Shown: positions 1 through 6,971 of the stretch, in pieces
Numbering within the stretch: position 1 is the first letter of the stretch
Layout of the letters: each line of letters opens with the position of its first letter
Position numbers and translations under genes: made by a program
Assembly: GCA_945869695.1 (NCBI GenBank)
Contig: CAMBPV010000003.1
Coordinates: 9,687 to 73,686 of the forward strand
Direction of reading: 5' to 3'
Source of the DNA: Prosthecobacter debontii
GTDB taxonomy: Bacteria > Verrucomicrobiota > Verrucomicrobiia > Verrucomicrobiales > Verrucomicrobiaceae
Length of the DNA: 64,000 nucleotides
The notes under the pieces: generated by a model
Told to the model about the DNA's origin: nothing
The model's input: the letters and a program-made list of their open reading frames with translations, nothing else
The model's database searches: none

Positions 1-47
1 TGCTCTCCGCCGCCCACGCCTTCGAGCAAGCCGCCCAGATCCGATAG
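1..47 (+). CDS. 3' end of an unidentified CDS (partial, enters from left edge)
   Basis: Frame open from base 3 ends at TAG 45-47 (..LSAAHAFEQAAQIR*). Too short to assign a family. Confidence 0.25.
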   Translation, partial: LSAAHAFEQAAQIR

Positions 48-72
48 GCCCCATTGGCAAGCCGAGCCAAGA

Positions 73-103
73 AAGCCCAACAGGATTGCATCCTGCTGGG
101 CTT
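73..103. terminator. Hairpin between convergent genes (candidate bidirectional terminator)
   Basis: 14-nt arms AAGCCCAACAGGAT / ATCCTGCTGGGCTT (one mismatch) flank a 3-nt loop. It lies between the stop at 45-47 (+) and the stop at 150-152 (-). No clear U-tract. Confidence 0.4.
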
Positions 104-149
104 CCATCTTCCCGGCTTCCAAGAGCCAAAGGCAAGAAACCAACGCGCC

Positions 150-580
150 TCACTTCACTGGAACAGGCACCGGGATCACCCGCTTCCCATCCTTCTCCGC
201 CACCGGGGCTTTTTGGGTGCTCTGACTGGAACCACTGGCATCCTTCTTCTCGATCACGATCACCCATTGCTTTTCCGGTTGGATCGCCATGCGGCACATC
301 TTGCCATCGGGCATCTCCATCGGCTCATTCAGCTTCTTCATCTCCTCAGCCGAAGGTGTCACCCGCTCCATCCGGATCACCTTTTGGCCTGCCTCCGCTC
401 CCATCATCATCTTGAAGAACTCCAGCGCCTCACCCGAGACCCCGCCGTGTGGAGAAAGGATTCTAGCCTCTTTGCATCCCCCGCCTCAAAGGCCTTTTGG
501 TAGCTATCAAGAAAAGCCCTCTCCCCCGCTGGCGTCGCCGCGTTGAGTGAGAGGGGGGTCAGAGCGATGGAATCCTCCAT
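150..580 (-). pseudogene. Hypothetical gene split over two overlapping frames (frameshift or sequencing error)
   Basis: ATG at 580 opens a 57-codon frame (MEDSIALTPLSLNAATPAGERAFLDSYQKAFEAGDAKRLESFLHTAG..) that stops at 407-409. Track ORF 150..410 is open upstream to a stop at 486-488. The two frames overlap by about 75 nt and are offset by one base. Confidence 0.4.
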
Positions 581-1077
581 CGATTGTCCTTATTGGTCAC
601 GGAAATGAAGCTTGGCCAGACGTTCCGAATGGAGGGTGACTTCGGAGCTCACGCTTACGGTGTGGCGGTTGATCGAACGGATGCGGAGGCCATGGACGAC
701 GATGAACCTGGAAAAAGTGGGTAGGTGTCGGTGGCAAGGTCTTTTTCGGAAGGGGCAGTCCAGATCATGGGTGGAAAAACGAAGGGGTATTCAGATAATC
801 CGCTCTTCTATCCTGTCATTCTGCCCGATGGCAAGTTTTCGTGCCGCCGAAGAAACGGGAAGTGGCAACTTGAGGCAATCGCGCAGAATCAGAAAGGACC
901 CACATTCGAATCGAAACAATAACCATTTGTCCATTTGAACCCAACGATCGAGTCGGGCGATGGCCCGAAGCGGGGCATCTGTAGCTCCCTGTCAGCCAAC
1001 ATTGACGTGTAGTTCGGCCAACCGTTGGGGGTAGGTTCGCCAATGGAGAGGGTCAGGCCTCTTTTCGTGTTCGCAAT

Positions 1078-1451
1078 CCGAGGCCGGTTTGCCCACGATC
1101 CTAGGCAGGCTCACTTGCAATCCAAGGTAGGCATGTCCACAAACCGAGCTGGGTGCGCCCATAAACCAAGCTGGGTGTGCCCACAAACCAAGCTGGGTGT
1201 GCCCATAGACCAAGCTGGGTGTGCCCATAGACCAAGCTGGGTGTGCCCATAAACCAAGCTGGATGTGTCCATTCACCAAGCTGGGGGAATCCATTCACCA
1301 AGCCGGGGGTGTCCATTCTCTATGCTGGGGGAATCCATTCTCCAAGCAAGGTGTGTCCATTCACCAGGCTGGGTATTACCACTCACCAGGATGGGTTTGC
1401 CCGCACACCAAGGTGGGTATTACCACACACCAAGGCGGGTTTGCTCTCTCT
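1078..1451. repeat. Tandem array of 17 head-to-tail 22-bp units, consensus CCAAGCTGGGTGTGCCCATAAA
   Basis: Units start every 22 nt from 1078 with no indel. Units 5-8 (1166-1253) are near identical and the flanks degenerate progressively. The right half alternates two unit subtypes. 22 is not a multiple of 3. Confidence 0.9.
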
Positions 1452-1489
1452 GTTAGGCGGGGAGGGTGACGGATGAAACTTTCCGGTGG

Positions 1490-1855
1490 CTAGAACTCGC
1501 CGCGGAAGACGCAGCGGGCGCTGGGGGTTTCGTGGATGATGATCTCGACGAGACCGGGGAGCTGGGGGGCGAGTTTTTGCCAGAACCAGCCGGCCATGAT
1601 CTCGATGGTGGGGTTCTCGAGGCCTTCGATCTCGTTGAGGTAACTGTGATCGAGGCGGTCCATGAGGGGCTTCATGGCACGGGAGATCTCGGCGTGGTCA
1701 TAAACCCAGCCGATTCTGGGGTCCACCTCTCCCTCAATGACGATCTCGATCTTGAAGCTGTGCCCATGCATCTTGGTGCACTTATGAGTGTCGGGGAGAT
1801 TGGGCAGCGTCTGGGCGGCCTCGAAGCGGAAGTCTTTGATGATTCGTGCGCGCAT
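1490..1855 (-). CDS. queD: 6-carboxy-5,6,7,8-tetrahydropterin synthase
   Basis: 121 aa with the C-x3-HGH motif (KCTKMHGHSF) and typical QueD length and C-terminus. Confidence 0.9.
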   Translation of the reverse strand: MRARIIKDFRFEAAQTLPNLPDTHKCTKMHGHSFKIEIVIEGEVDPRIGWVYDHAEISRAMKPLMDRLDHSYLNEIEGLENPTIEIMAGWFWQKLAPQLPGLVEIIIHETPSARCVFRGEF

Positions 1856-1860
1856 GGCTT

Positions 1861-3960
1861 TTACTTGCGGGTGGGTGCGGGGGCTTCTTCTTCGACGGGT
1901 TGGGCGGCGGGAATGACGGAGGGTGATTCTTCGAGCTTAGGGAAGAGGGTTAAACGAAGCCGGTAGATCTGGCCGTCGAAGGGGGTGCTGTTCGGGTAGG
2001 CGGCGGTGGTGAGGGGGCCAAAGCTGTGGGCGGCGGCGAGGGGGCCTCTGGCGTCGGACTGGAAGGAGTGGGCGAAGGGGGCATCCCCACTGATCTCTCC
2101 ACTCCCGTTGACGGCGAGGGAGAGTGAGCCGTCGGTGCCGATAACGGCGCGGAGGTCCAAGCGTCCCTTCTGGGCGGTGCCGAGAGTGACGGAGGTTTTT
2201 TTCCCGGAGTCGAAGACGGTGAGGGTGGGCGCGCCGTCCCGGAGGTGGAGGGCGTAGCCGGTCTGGGTGTCGCCCTGATGAAGGAGGCTGCTATCGGAGT
2301 CGATGTCCGGCCGGTAGTCCACGGAGGCCTCGATGAAGACTCCCCTGCCCTTGATGGAGGGGGCGTCGGCCTGTCCCAAAAGGTCACCCCCGAGGAGGTC
2401 GTAATTGGTGCTGCCATCGGGCGGTGTGCCGGGGGCGATCTGGGCGACGGTGCGGCTGGCGCTGACGTGGGCTTTGGGCATCCACTCGGTCATCTTCCTT
2501 TTGAGGTCGGTGTGTTCGGGGGAGGAGGCGAGGTTGGTCCACTCGTGGGGGTCCGTGTCGTGGTCGTAGAGTTCTTCCTCTCCGGTGCTGTAACGGATGT
2601 AACGCCAGCGCTGATCGCGTGCGGCGTAACTGGCGTCTGCGCCTCCGCCCATCTGGGTGATGACGGGGCGGCTTCTGACGAGGGTGGGATCCTTTAAAAG
2701 AGGCACGAGGGTCTCGCCTTCCAAGTAGTCGGCGTGCTTCAGGCGGCCGAGGTCACAAATGGTGGGATAGAGGTCGAGCAGGCTGACGGGCTGGGCGGAG
2801 GTGGTGTCGGGCTGGGTGATGCCGGGCGCGACGATGGTCAGGGGGACGCGGGTCGTTTCCTCCCAGAGCTTTCCTTTGTGCCACATCTGCTTTTCACCGA
2901 GGTACCAGCCGTGGTCGGAGGTGAAAACGATGACGGTGTTGGCGGCATTGGGCCCGGACTCAAGGGCATCGAGAATCTGACCGACGCGGGCATCGCAGAA
3001 GTCGATGTTCGCAAGATAAGCGCGGACGGCGCTCTTCCACTGGTCGTTCTTGATGATCTTCTCGTGCAGGGAGTCTGCTTTGCCCACATGGGTCTTGGCG
3101 ATGGCGGGCACGTCATTGAGGTCGTCGGCTTTGACCTCGGGCAGGATGACGTCTGCGAGAGGGCGGGCGTTGATGAATTTCTCAGGCACGTACCAAGGTG
3201 AGTGAGGACGGTAAAGGCCGACGGTGAGGAAGAAGGGCTTGGTCTGTTTTTCAGCGAGGAAGGTGGAGGCCCAGGCGGCGACTTGGCCGTCGTCGGTCTC
3301 CTCTTCGGTAACGGGAATGCCACCCCAGTCCCAGTGCCAGATGTCGAGCCCATTGAAGTTACGCCCAGTGTGGACGGGGAGGTCGGGGATCTGGATGCCT
3401 GCGCTCGGGAAGCGGAGGTCCCAGGCGGCGTCCTGCTCAAAGCCGCGCCGCCCGCCATGCCAGCCGGTGAGTCTGCCCTCGGGGCCTCCATGATTGGCAT
3501 GAAACACTTTCCCACCGGCGGCAGTGAGGAATCCGCTGTCACGGAAATACTGCGGGAGGGTGGGCCGGTCGGTTAAGGCGATGGAGCGCCGCCAGTCTTG
3601 CTCATTCCCGTAAACGCCGCTGGTGGAGGGGAGAAGTCCGGTGAGGAGGGAGGTGCGGGAGGGATTGCACAGGGCGTAGCTGCAATGAGCATTGGTGAAT
3701 CGCATGCCCATTTTGGCAAGGCGGTCCATGTTTGGCGTTCGGGCCTGGGGGTGACCGCCCATCCATCCGACCCAGTCATTGAGATCGTCCGCGATGATGA
3801 AGACGACATTGGGGGCACCGGCGGGAGCTTTGGCGGTCTTTTTAACGGCGACCACGGGTGCGGTGGACCTCTTTCTAGCGGCCAAGGCTGAACCGGTGAT
3901 CCCGAGCGCCAGAGCGAGGACAAGGGTGAAAAGAGGTGCGGTGGAGGAAGAGCGAATCAC
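1861..3960 (-). CDS. Cys-type sulfatase with C-terminal lectin/LamG-like domain
   Basis: VVFIIADDLN metal site and the formylglycine motif CSYALCNPSRTSLLTG. About 200 extra C-terminal residues look like a beta-sandwich domain. I place the start at GTG 3960, which gives the signal peptide MIRSSSTAPLFTLVLALALGITGSALA. The track ATG at 4059 sits only 8 nt from the rsmD start. Confidence 0.85.
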   Translation of the reverse strand: MIRSSSTAPLFTLVLALALGITGSALAARKRSTAPVVAVKKTAKAPAGAPNVVFIIADDLNDWVGWMGGHPQARTPNMDRLAKMGMRFTNAHCSYALCNPSRTSLLTGLLPSTSGVYGNEQDWRRSIALTDRPTLPQYFRDSGFLTAAGGKVFHANHGGPEGRLTGWHGGRRGFEQDAAWDLRFPSAGIQIPDLPVHTGRNFNGLDIWHWDWGGIPVTEEETDDGQVAAWASTFLAEKQTKPFFLTVGLYRPHSPWYVPEKFINARPLADVILPEVKADDLNDVPAIAKTHVGKADSLHEKIIKNDQWKSAVRAYLANIDFCDARVGQILDALESGPNAANTVIVFTSDHGWYLGEKQMWHKGKLWEETTRVPLTIVAPGITQPDTTSAQPVSLLDLYPTICDLGRLKHADYLEGETLVPLLKDPTLVRSRPVITQMGGGADASYAARDQRWRYIRYSTGEEELYDHDTDPHEWTNLASSPEHTDLKRKMTEWMPKAHVSASRTVAQIAPGTPPDGSTNYDLLGGDLLGQADAPSIKGRGVFIEASVDYRPDIDSDSSLLHQGDTQTGYALHLRDGAPTLTVFDSGKKTSVTLGTAQKGRLDLRAVIGTDGSLSLAVNGSGEISGDAPFAHSFQSDARGPLAAAHSFGPLTTAAYPNSTPFDGQIYRLRLTLFPKLEESPSVIPAAQPVEEEAPAPTRK

Positions 3961-4067
3961 TGGACGGAAAAGAGCATGGACAGTGGGGATTGCCAAGCGA
4001 TGAAAACACGAGACTGCATGCGAATGTCTTTTGCAGTGAGCGCTGCCTTGCGCCAACATGCCGCATC

Positions 4068-4655
4068 ATGCGCATCATTGCCGGAATCGCGGGAGGAATC
4101 CCGCTCAAAGTGCCCAAAGCGGAAACGCGACCGACCACGGACATGGTGCGGCAGGCCGTCTTTTCCATGCTGGGTGAAGAGGTGGCGGGAGCGCGGGTCC
4201 TGGACCTCTTCGCGGGCTCGGGTGCGCTGGGGCTGGAGGCGCTGAGCCGGGGCGCAAAGACGGCCGTCTTTGTGGATGCGCAGAACATGGCCTGCAAGAT
4301 CGTGAAGGAGAACCTGGCGAAGTCGAAGCTGGAAGGTGGCGATGTGCGGCAGGGTGAGGTGGAGCGGGTGCTGCCGTCTCTGGCTGCGGCGGGATCTCAG
4401 TTTGATCTCATCTTTGCCGACCCACCGTATGCGACGGCGGATGATGACTTCACGTATAGCCTGATGAGCAGTGAGTCGCTGCGGCAGGTGATGGCGGAGG
4501 GTGCCAGTTTTATCTATGAGTGCCGGGTGACTCGGGGTGGCAGTCTGGCGTGGCCGGGCTGGCTGATCGAGCGGGATCGGGTGTATGGGTCAACGCGTGT
4601 TTTGTGGCTAAGGAAAAGAGCCGATGTCCAAAAAGCTGAGCCTGATCCTGTATAA
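4068..4655 (+). CDS. rsmD: 16S rRNA (guanine966-N2)-methyltransferase
   Basis: MRIIAGIAGG..L.VP N-terminus, SAM-binding motif LDLFAGSGALGLEALSRGA, and FADPPY motif. The ATG at 4068 is in frame with track ORF 3936..4655. Confidence 0.85.
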   Translation: MRIIAGIAGGIPLKVPKAETRPTTDMVRQAVFSMLGEEVAGARVLDLFAGSGALGLEALSRGAKTAVFVDAQNMACKIVKENLAKSKLEGGDVRQGEVERVLPSLAAAGSQFDLIFADPPYATADDDFTYSLMSSESLRQVMAEGASFIYECRVTRGGSLAWPGWLIERDRVYGSTRVLWLRKRADVQKAEPDPV

Positions 4656-5958
4656 CGTGTGCATCCCGCTAGGGGTGCTGATCATGGCCCCTTCCGCACT
4701 CGTGAAAATGCGCCGCCGGGGTGGGCGCTGGTCCGACTTTGCGGAGAGGCTGGGTCGTTTTTCCCCGGGCAAGACAGCGGAACTGGAGGCGCTCTCGGGC
4801 GTGCGGCATCGGATCTGGATGCATGCGGTGAGTGTGGGTGAGGTGGGCATCGCGCGAAAGATCATCACGCAGATCCTGAAGGAAGATGCCTCGGTCGGGG
4901 TGATCCTCACGACGACGACGCCGACGGGGCATCAACTGGCCAGCGAGTTCTCGGCGCGGCACGCGGGTCGGGTGGTGGTGACCTACAGTCCGCTGGATCT
5001 TCGATCTGTGGCACGGCGTTTTTTGAAGATCTTCCGGCCCACGCAACTGGTGCTGGTGGAGGCGGAGGTGTGGCCGAATCTGGTGAGTCTGGCGCATGAT
5101 GCGGGCATCCCGGTTTCCCTGGTCAATGCGCGTCTCTCGCCACGATCCGAGGCTCGCTTTGGCAAGCTGCGTGGGTTGGTGGGGCCGATCTTTGAGATGC
5201 TGAGCCAAATCCTGGTGCAAGAGCCGGAGGACGCGGCCCGGTGGGTGGGTCTGGGTGTGCAGGGGTCGCGGGTGCACTACACGGGCAGTGTGAAATTTGA
5301 CCCCGAAGGTGCCACCGTGAGCCCGAGTCAGATCGAAAAACTGCGCTCGGATCTAAACTGTCTCCAATGGCAGGCGTCCTCCCCGTCCCTGCTAGCGGCG
5401 AGCACTCATGCGGGTGAGGAGATCGAGATGGGGCGGACCTTTTTGAAACTGAAGGCGAGGCATCCGGAGCTGAAACTGATCATCGTCCCTCGTCACGTCG
5501 AGAGGACGGCCGAGATCGCCACGGAACTGGGATCGATCGGGCTGGAGCCCCTTTTGCGCACCGAGCTAAAGCCTGGCGTGAGCTCCCGGGAGGTGGTGCT
5601 GGTGAATACCACGGGAGAGCTGAGCGCGTGGCAGCATCTGGCCACAATGATTGTGATCGGGAAGAGTTTCCTCGCCCACGGAGGACAGAATCCCGCTGAG
5701 GCGTTGGAGGCGCGCAAGCCCTTGTTGTTTGGCCCGAACATGGAAAACTTCGAGGCGCTGGTGAAGCTCTTGCTGCATGAAAAAGGTGCGCTTCAGGTGC
5801 GGGACTTTGCCGAACTGGAGGCGCAGTGTGAGCTTCTTTTGAATCAGCCAGAGGTGTCCGCGCAACTGGCGGCGGCGGGTCATGCGGCGCTCACACGCCA
5901 CTCGGGAGCCACTTCGCGAACCGTGGAAAGGCTGCTCAAGCTCGAAAAAATCATTTAG
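4624..5958 (+). CDS. waaA: 3-deoxy-D-manno-octulosonic acid (Kdo) transferase
   Basis: 444 aa with an N-terminal membrane anchor and the WMHAVSVGE signature typical of WaaA/KdtA. Overlaps the rsmD 3' end by 32 nt. Confidence 0.85.
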   Translation: MSKKLSLILYNVCIPLGVLIMAPSALVKMRRRGGRWSDFAERLGRFSPGKTAELEALSGVRHRIWMHAVSVGEVGIARKIITQILKEDASVGVILTTTTPTGHQLASEFSARHAGRVVVTYSPLDLRSVARRFLKIFRPTQLVLVEAEVWPNLVSLAHDAGIPVSLVNARLSPRSEARFGKLRGLVGPIFEMLSQILVQEPEDAARWVGLGVQGSRVHYTGSVKFDPEGATVSPSQIEKLRSDLNCLQWQASSPSLLAASTHAGEEIEMGRTFLKLKARHPELKLIIVPRHVERTAEIATELGSIGLEPLLRTELKPGVSSREVVLVNTTGELSAWQHLATMIVIGKSFLAHGGQNPAEALEARKPLLFGPNMENFEALVKLLLHEKGALQVRDFAELEAQCELLLNQPEVSAQLAAAGHAALTRHSGATSRTVERLLKLEKII

Positions 5959-6025
5959 CTCTCCAATAAGAGCAATTTTCACTTGATTCCAAAAGGAGAT
6001 CGCGCAGTGTGGCCGCCCCTAAAAC

Positions 6026-6100
6026 GACCCATTCGTCTAGCGGTTAGGACACATCCCTTTCACGGATGCGACACGAGTTCGATTCTCGTATGGGTCGCCA
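6026..6100 (+). tRNA. tRNA-Glu (anticodon UUC), CCA encoded
   Basis: Folded by hand. Acceptor GACCCAT/ATGGGTC, D stem GTCT/GGAC, anticodon stem CATCC/GGATG with loop CTTTCAC, T stem ACGAG/CTCGT with loop TTCGATT, discriminator G, then CCA. Confidence 0.95.
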
Positions 6101-6138
6101 CTACCTCCAAATTTCAGGTAGTGCCTCAGGAAAGCCCC

Positions 6139-6507
6139 TCAAGCCGCTTTGGGCATCCAAGATTCTCTCTCGGTGCCGACACCGATGAGCTCACCCGCTT
6201 CCTCTTCCTCCGTCTCCTCAAGCAGGGGGGCAAAACGCTCAGCCCGGAAACCGAGCTCTTGTTTCACCGCGGAGTAGGGGTCATCCGGATTCCGCAGCTC
6301 TTGAAGGAGAACGAGGAGGTCGAACTCGGCGCCGGTGAGTTTGATCTCGGCGTCATCATTCACGGAGAACTCGGGGCTGGAGCGCCCGGCTCGGATGGCG
6401 CGGACGGTGTAGATGTCGTCTTTTTTGGGCAGTGATTTGTAAAGGTCGAACACCCAAGGCTCGAAGACGTCATTGATGCAGGCGACACGTTGACCAACTT
6501 TAAACAT
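6139..6507 (-). CDS. Hypothetical protein (122 aa, acidic C-terminal tail)
   Basis: ATG-started ORF with protein-like composition (MFKVGQRVACINDVFEPWVFDLYK..). It fills the gap between tRNA-Glu and ybeY. No family recognised. Confidence 0.55.
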   Translation of the reverse strand: MFKVGQRVACINDVFEPWVFDLYKSLPKKDDIYTVRAIRAGRSSPEFSVNDDAEIKLTGAEFDLLVLLQELRNPDDPYSAVKQELGFRAERFAPLLEETEEEEAGELIGVGTERESWMPKAA

Positions 6508-6530
6508 GAGGGAGAGAGCGGGGAAAAGGA

Positions 6531-6971
6531 TCAGAGGGAGGCGATGGCAGAGGCGAGAATCTTTTCCTGAAGACGATGCATGGCGGCCTGCTCCTCAGGG
6601 TCCTCATCCTCCCAACCGGCGAGGTGGAGCAGACCGTGGACGAGGTAGAGCGCGAGTTCCTGGTCCATGGATTGGTGGTGATCGAGCCCCTGCCGTAAAG
6701 CGGTGTCGGCACTGATCAAGATCTCGCCATGATGAAAAGTGATGACATCTGTGGGTGAATCATCACCGAGGAAATCGGCGTGGACCTTGGAGATTTTTGA
6801 GTCGGACACGATGGACACCTCGATCTCCTCCAAGCTGAGGAGCGGTGGATGGTCAGACTTTGCAGCAGCCAGGCATGAAGGGAGAGCGGCGATGGCGATT
6901 TTTTCAAGCCAGCGCTTGGCGACACGGTGACCGCGCTGGTGATTGAATAACTGAATCTTGGGGGTGCTCAC
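6531..6971 (-). CDS. ybeY: rRNA maturation endoribonuclease YbeY
   Basis: 146 aa with TDVITFHH and VHGLLHLAGWEDED, a variant of the H-x3-H-x5-H metal motif. Its GTG start overlaps the upstream stop (GTGA at 6968-6971). Confidence 0.85.
   Translation of the reverse strand: MSTPKIQLFNHQRGHRVAKRWLEKIAIAALPSCLAAAKSDHPPLLSLEEIEVSIVSDSKISKVHADFLGDDSPTDVITFHHGEILISADTALRQGLDHHQSMDQELALYLVHGLLHLAGWEDEDPEEQAAMHRLQEKILASAIASL

Noticed and set aside
1078-1451. CRISPR array
   Set aside because: The units are directly abutting with no spacers, the repeat is only 22 bp and degenerates toward the flanks, and no cas genes are in the window.
1078-1451. Replication origin / DnaA-box cluster (some units end in ..TGTCCACAAA / ..GCCCACAAA, loosely like TTATCCACA)
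   Set aside because: The matches are weak and limited to a few units. There is no adjacent AT-rich unwinding element, and no dnaA/dnaN or other origin-linked gene is nearby.
992-1476. Six track ORFs (992..1294-, 1025..1252+, 1101..1316-, 1221..1469+, 1243..1476+, 1265..1456+) with repetitive peptides such as PSWVCPQTKLGVPIDQAGCAH
   Set aside because: They all lie on the 22-bp tandem array. A 22-nt period forces a 22-aa pseudo-repeat in every frame, and the unit happens to lack stop codons in most frames. Several mutually overlapping frames cannot all be coding, and none has a credible start context.
3936-4067. N-terminal extension of rsmD (track start 3936) and sulfatase start at ATG 4059
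   Set aside because: The extension overlaps the divergent sulfatase 5' region and adds non-conserved-looking residues. MRIIAG at 4068 is the typical RsmD N-terminus. A GTG at 3960 gives the sulfatase a clean signal peptide.
5983-6435. 150-aa + strand ORF
   Set aside because: It runs through the tRNA-Glu gene and lies antisense to the better-supported 6139..6507 CDS. Its composition is not protein-like.
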